Source of the DNA: a virus
Reading direction: 5' to 3' (one strand)
Virus record (IMG/VR): IMGVR_UViG_3300036861_000275
Location: 1 to 64,000 of that record
DNA: 64,000 nucleotides
A program made the translations under genes and the position numbers. This document shows positions 60,881-64,000 of the stretch, piece after piece. How positions within the stretch are numbered: the first letter of the stretch is position 1; each line of letters opens with the position of its first letter. The notes under the pieces are model-generated. The model was given only the letters and a program-made list of their open reading frames with translations. It was not told the origin of the DNA and did not search any database.

Positions 60881-61105
60881 TTACTTGGCGTCCTTCGCCT
60901 TCAAAAGGAGCTCCACTTGAGCCTGTAGCCCCTCGATCTGCTTCAGGAGCCGGCTGATAACCTGAGCCGCTTCCGTCTCTCCGCGGGTCCGGCTGGCGGA
61001 GAGCTGGTCGAGCGCGACCTTGGCGGTACGCAGATTGTCCTCGCACGTGTCGGCGGCCCACGCCAAGCTGGGCCACAAGAGGAGCGCTACAAGGAGACGC
61101 TTCAT
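60881..61105 (-). CDS. Small coiled-coil protein with signal peptide
   Basis: MKRLLVALLLWPSLAWA|AD...; ATGA-coupled to the tailspike. Confidence 0.7.
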   Translation of the reverse strand: MKRLLVALLLWPSLAWAADTCEDNLRTAKVALDQLSASRTRGETEAAQVISRLLKQIEGLQAQVELLLKAKDAK

Positions 61106-63441
61106 GGCATCACCACCGTGGATTCGTGAACGTAACCCCCGCCCAAAAACGTGTCGAGCGCTTTCATCATCCGCTCCATGTCGATCCTGAGTTTGCGCCC
61201 TGTCGTGGTGTCGACCGAGTCGAAGATCCACTCTCGCGTGTAATGATCGTGAGGCGATAGGAGAGTGGCGCCGCCGGCAGCATCCATGACCCGCAGTTCT
61301 CCGGCCGTGGAGTATAGCGAGACGCCGTTAGCCAGAGTGCCGACCGGAGCCGTGCCGTCGAAGATATTCAGGCAATTGGTACAAGTCGTGGCCGATCGAC
61401 CGAATGTGCCGCCGATGTAGAGGCTCGATTCCGTGCTGTTTTGGAGATAGACCGAGCCCGTGTTACGCAACTCGAAGAGCGCGCTGCCACCGGTGCCGCC
61501 GAATGATAGGCCGGAACCGCCAGTGATGTGCCTTATCTGTAACGGGTTGTTCGTGCCGGCCGGGTCGACGAAAAACATCCATCCGTCACCGTTACCGACC
61601 ATAGCTAGCGCGGTGCGTCTAGCCGCTCCAGAACTGGCTGTCGAGTGAATGGTCAGTATCGGTGTGGAGGCTCCCGTGATGGTGCCAAGGTTGGCAGTCG
61701 TTTGTGCCACGAGGGCCTGATTGGTGCCGGATGACTTATAGTACGAACCGACTCGCAAACCAGCCGATGCTGACCCTACGACGGGAATCGTAGTCCCTGT
61801 AAACGTGTCTGTGATCATGTAGCTTCCAGCCGAGCGCAGCATGTCTCGCAGCATTACGCTCCCGGATGTATGGATAGCTACGGAGATATTCTGGTCCGTC
61901 CCGGAAAAAGTAAGCCCGTCCGCCATCAATTCCGTGTTGTTACCCAGGAAGACCCCGATGAGGCCGTTCTCCAGGTTGACTGTCTTCATGTGAATCCCGG
62001 AACCACCGGCGGCTTGATTCTCGACCCAGACGTTAGCTAGATAGGACGTCGTGGTTCCGTTGCTATTGGTTATAGACGTCCGTCTGATGAGGCCGTTGTT
62101 TGAAAACGTATTAACATAGATACCAATGGTATTGCGCGTGCCACCGTTTGCGGTACGCCAGAGCTCGCTGTCGGAGATGTCCCAGTTAGCGTTGTAGATT
62201 GTGGACGAGGTGTCCTGGAAAAGAGCCCCGTGAGTGATAAAGCCTCGGATACGCACCCGGCGTAGACCGGAATTCTCATTAGCCCGATCAGATCTAACGG
62301 CGATGTTAACTACGTGATTCAGGTTCATCTGGAGATCTTCCAGCCGCGTATTAAACGCCAGAGCGGTCCCGTTGGTGCTACCAAGCAAGACTGCCGGCGT
62401 CGAAATAGCTATAGCCGTCGTGTAGTGAAGTGTCGTCTGTTGTGGCCCGCGGCCGCGTAGCACGACGCCGTTCTGGATGATCAACTGTCCACTTACCACG
62501 CAGTCTCCGGCCGGCAAATCTACATAGTTACCGAAGCTCATATTACCGATCGTGTGGGCGGCTTTGACTAGGGCCGAGCGTATCGCAGCGGTATCATCGG
62601 TTGCGCCGTCACAACGGATGCCGTGGTCCGCAGCGTTAATCACATCATTCGTAGCAGGTGGAGTTAGGCCGAAGAGTAATGCGCGCACGTGGCGCGTACT
62701 CGAGCTCTGAGGGCCTGCGGTAGCGTGCAGAGCCACGGCAAAGGCGCCAGCCGGCGGCTGGCTCGAGGAGGCGTGATACCTCGTCGCCGCAGCCAACTTG
62801 GCCGTACCGGAAGTCACGAGATACGCCCCAACATGTACATCGGTGGACACCCCGATGTGGTGAATGCCGAAGAACGCGACCCGGCCATATGCAGCGTGGG
62901 CGATGCCCTCAAGGGCAACTCCCACTATCCCGCGCTGGGCGTAGGCGGTTGTGGTGGTTATCCTCGGGCCGGGAGTGTCCTGCGATGTCGCTGCCGGACC
63001 CAGGTAGTTAGCTAAGGGTGCTCCTGGGTCCAACGTGATGACGTCGCCGGCCGAGATCCCGCCTCCGGAGTGATTTTCTGCCCGCATAGCAGGCACGTAC
63101 CACTGAGAGACCTGGGCGCTATCCATGGCCTGGCCAAGGCGTAAAAGCAGACCGCGTAGCCCCTGGATTTCACCCGTCAGGGATGGGGTTAGATCGGGAT
63201 TCAATCCGACCTGGAGTGGCTGGCGCGTCGTCTGGAGAGCGGCTACAGATGTTGAATGGCTAGCCGTACAATCCGCGTTCGCATTGGTCACGCCGACAGT
63301 AGTAAAGGACGTCGTCAGGTCGCCGGCAGTCAATTGATCGCCGGTCTGCCAGGAGCGGAAGATCGAGCAGTTGCCGTTGACGGCCCATGCAACCCCTGGG
63401 AATAGTGTCAGGATGGCTAATACGAGCATAACCTTCTTCAT
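61102..63441 (-). CDS. Tailspike/depolymerase with pectate_lyase_3-like beta-helix and N-terminal signal peptide
   Basis: MKKVMLVLAILTLFPGVAWA; RSWQTGDQLTAGDL; NAADHGIRCDGATDDTAAIRSAL...VDLPAG. Confidence 0.85.
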   Translation of the reverse strand: MKKVMLVLAILTLFPGVAWAVNGNCSIFRSWQTGDQLTAGDLTTSFTTVGVTNANADCTASHSTSVAALQTTRQPLQVGLNPDLTPSLTGEIQGLRGLLLRLGQAMDSAQVSQWYVPAMRAENHSGGGISAGDVITLDPGAPLANYLGPAATSQDTPGPRITTTTAYAQRGIVGVALEGIAHAAYGRVAFFGIHHIGVSTDVHVGAYLVTSGTAKLAAATRYHASSSQPPAGAFAVALHATAGPQSSSTRHVRALLFGLTPPATNDVINAADHGIRCDGATDDTAAIRSALVKAAHTIGNMSFGNYVDLPAGDCVVSGQLIIQNGVVLRGRGPQQTTLHYTTAIAISTPAVLLGSTNGTALAFNTRLEDLQMNLNHVVNIAVRSDRANENSGLRRVRIRGFITHGALFQDTSSTIYNANWDISDSELWRTANGGTRNTIGIYVNTFSNNGLIRRTSITNSNGTTTSYLANVWVENQAAGGSGIHMKTVNLENGLIGVFLGNNTELMADGLTFSGTDQNISVAIHTSGSVMLRDMLRSAGSYMITDTFTGTTIPVVGSASAGLRVGSYYKSSGTNQALVAQTTANLGTITGASTPILTIHSTASSGAARRTALAMVGNGDGWMFFVDPAGTNNPLQIRHITGGSGLSFGGTGGSALFELRNTGSVYLQNSTESSLYIGGTFGRSATTCTNCLNIFDGTAPVGTLANGVSLYSTAGELRVMDAAGGATLLSPHDHYTREWIFDSVDTTTGRKLRIDMERMMKALDTFLGGGYVHESTVVMP

Positions 63442-64000
63442 GATCCGTACGCCCCCCTGTAGCCAGTTGGCGACTTGGTCTGGAGCCCATGTAGGCGCTG
63501 TTTCTCGTAAGCAATGCACGCCTCTATCATACGCTCAGCACGTGCCAAAGTGTCGTTCTCTCTACGGTCAAACTTCATACCGATGAGAATCGCTAAAGCC
63601 TTCACTGCTAGAGCCGGTCTCCAGAATGACGGTAGTGCTAATGTGGTCGTTCCCGAAGGATCATCGGGGACGAACGAGTACGGGTACTCGACCCGCTTCA
63701 CGCTGGTCGGATAACTGGACAGCCGTATCGTTCTTTGGCCGATTCGAGCAAAGTACTCTGGGATGTCGCTGGCGTGCGGTACCGGGAAGCTGGTCCGCAT
63801 GTATTCCTCGCTCTTGAGCGCCACGAACTTGCTGGTCGGATACCACAGGCCGTCCACGAAGAGCCCCAGGTCGGCGTTCAGCGTGTACTCGTCCTGGTAG
63901 ATCGTGCATGCCTGTCCGGCCGCTAGCGCTTCCTGAGCTACGTCCAGGGTGAAGGCCGTCTCATTGGCATTGTGTGCCGTGATGATCCCGTACCATTCCT
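63438..64000 (-). CDS. Head-tail adaptor/tail tubular protein (5' end outside window)
   Basis: Frame open to the window edge; IYQDEYTL...IRL..YP...LP..W..AL...A pattern; synteny. Confidence 0.6.
   Translation of the reverse strand, partial: EWYGIITAHNANETAFTLDVAQEALAAGQACTIYQDEYTLNADLGLFVDGLWYPTSKFVALKSEEYMRTSFPVPHASDIPEYFARIGQRTIRLSSYPTSVKRVEYPYSFVPDDPSGTTTLALPSFWRPALAVKALAILIGMKFDRRENDTLARAERMIEACIAYEKQRLHGLQTKSPTGYRGAYGS

Larger units (their letters stand above)
1..64000. mobile_element. Tailed dsDNA bacteriophage genome segment (podovirus-like; free phage or prophage not determinable)
   Basis: Tailspike, gp10-like tail protein, ejection proteins, lysozyme/holin, terminase small subunit, phage replication/recombination genes and many short coupled ORFs; no housekeeping genes. 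Confidence 0.95.

Noticed and set aside
1-64000. Genome-wide TAG reassignment (alternative genetic code)
   Set aside because: Many genes end cleanly at TAG before an RBS or overlapping start (16524, 17467, 18364, 19453, 20400, 37302, 41833), and long genes including the 3979-codon ORF contain no internal TAG. Only two local interruptions were found.
1-64000. tRNA/rRNA genes, integrase, att sites, large terminase, portal and major capsid genes
   Set aside because: None recognised by eye; head genes probably lie outside the window, and a tRNAscan or HMM run would be needed to exclude them

Overview
The whole window is a fragment of a tailed dsDNA phage genome with a podovirus-like tail/ejection module. 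No host genes, integrase, tRNA, rRNA or CRISPR array were recognised, and both ends cut through ORFs. Most genes lie on the - strand, tightly coupled by ATGA/GTGA/TAATG overlaps. Reading right to left on that strand: (1) head-tail adaptor (partial); (2) a tailspike with a pectate-lyase-like beta-helix and an apparent Sec signal peptide; (3) a P22 gp10-like tail protein and two ejection-type proteins; (4) a 3979-aa polyvalent protein (2H phosphoesterase, GNAT, zeta-like kinase, ADP-ribosyltransferase-like and JAB domains); (5) lysis genes; (6) recombination and replication genes; (7) a ~16 kb sugar cluster with three NeuB-like synthases, two NeuA-like cytidylyltransferases, PseB/DegT/PseH-like enzymes, five candidate transferases and methyltransferases; (8) HNH nucleases, a kinase and a terminase small subunit; (9) a DNA methyltransferase carrying an antisense LAGLIDADG endonuclease. 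A + strand island of early-type genes (11.2-15.3 kb) has its own promoters, DUF932 and a hammerhead-ribozyme-like RNA. Best candidates for new biology are the phage-encoded nonulosonic acid glycosylation pathway, the signal-peptide tailspike, the antisense homing endonuclease and the anti-defence polyprotein. All family calls come from motif recognition by eye; no searches were run.
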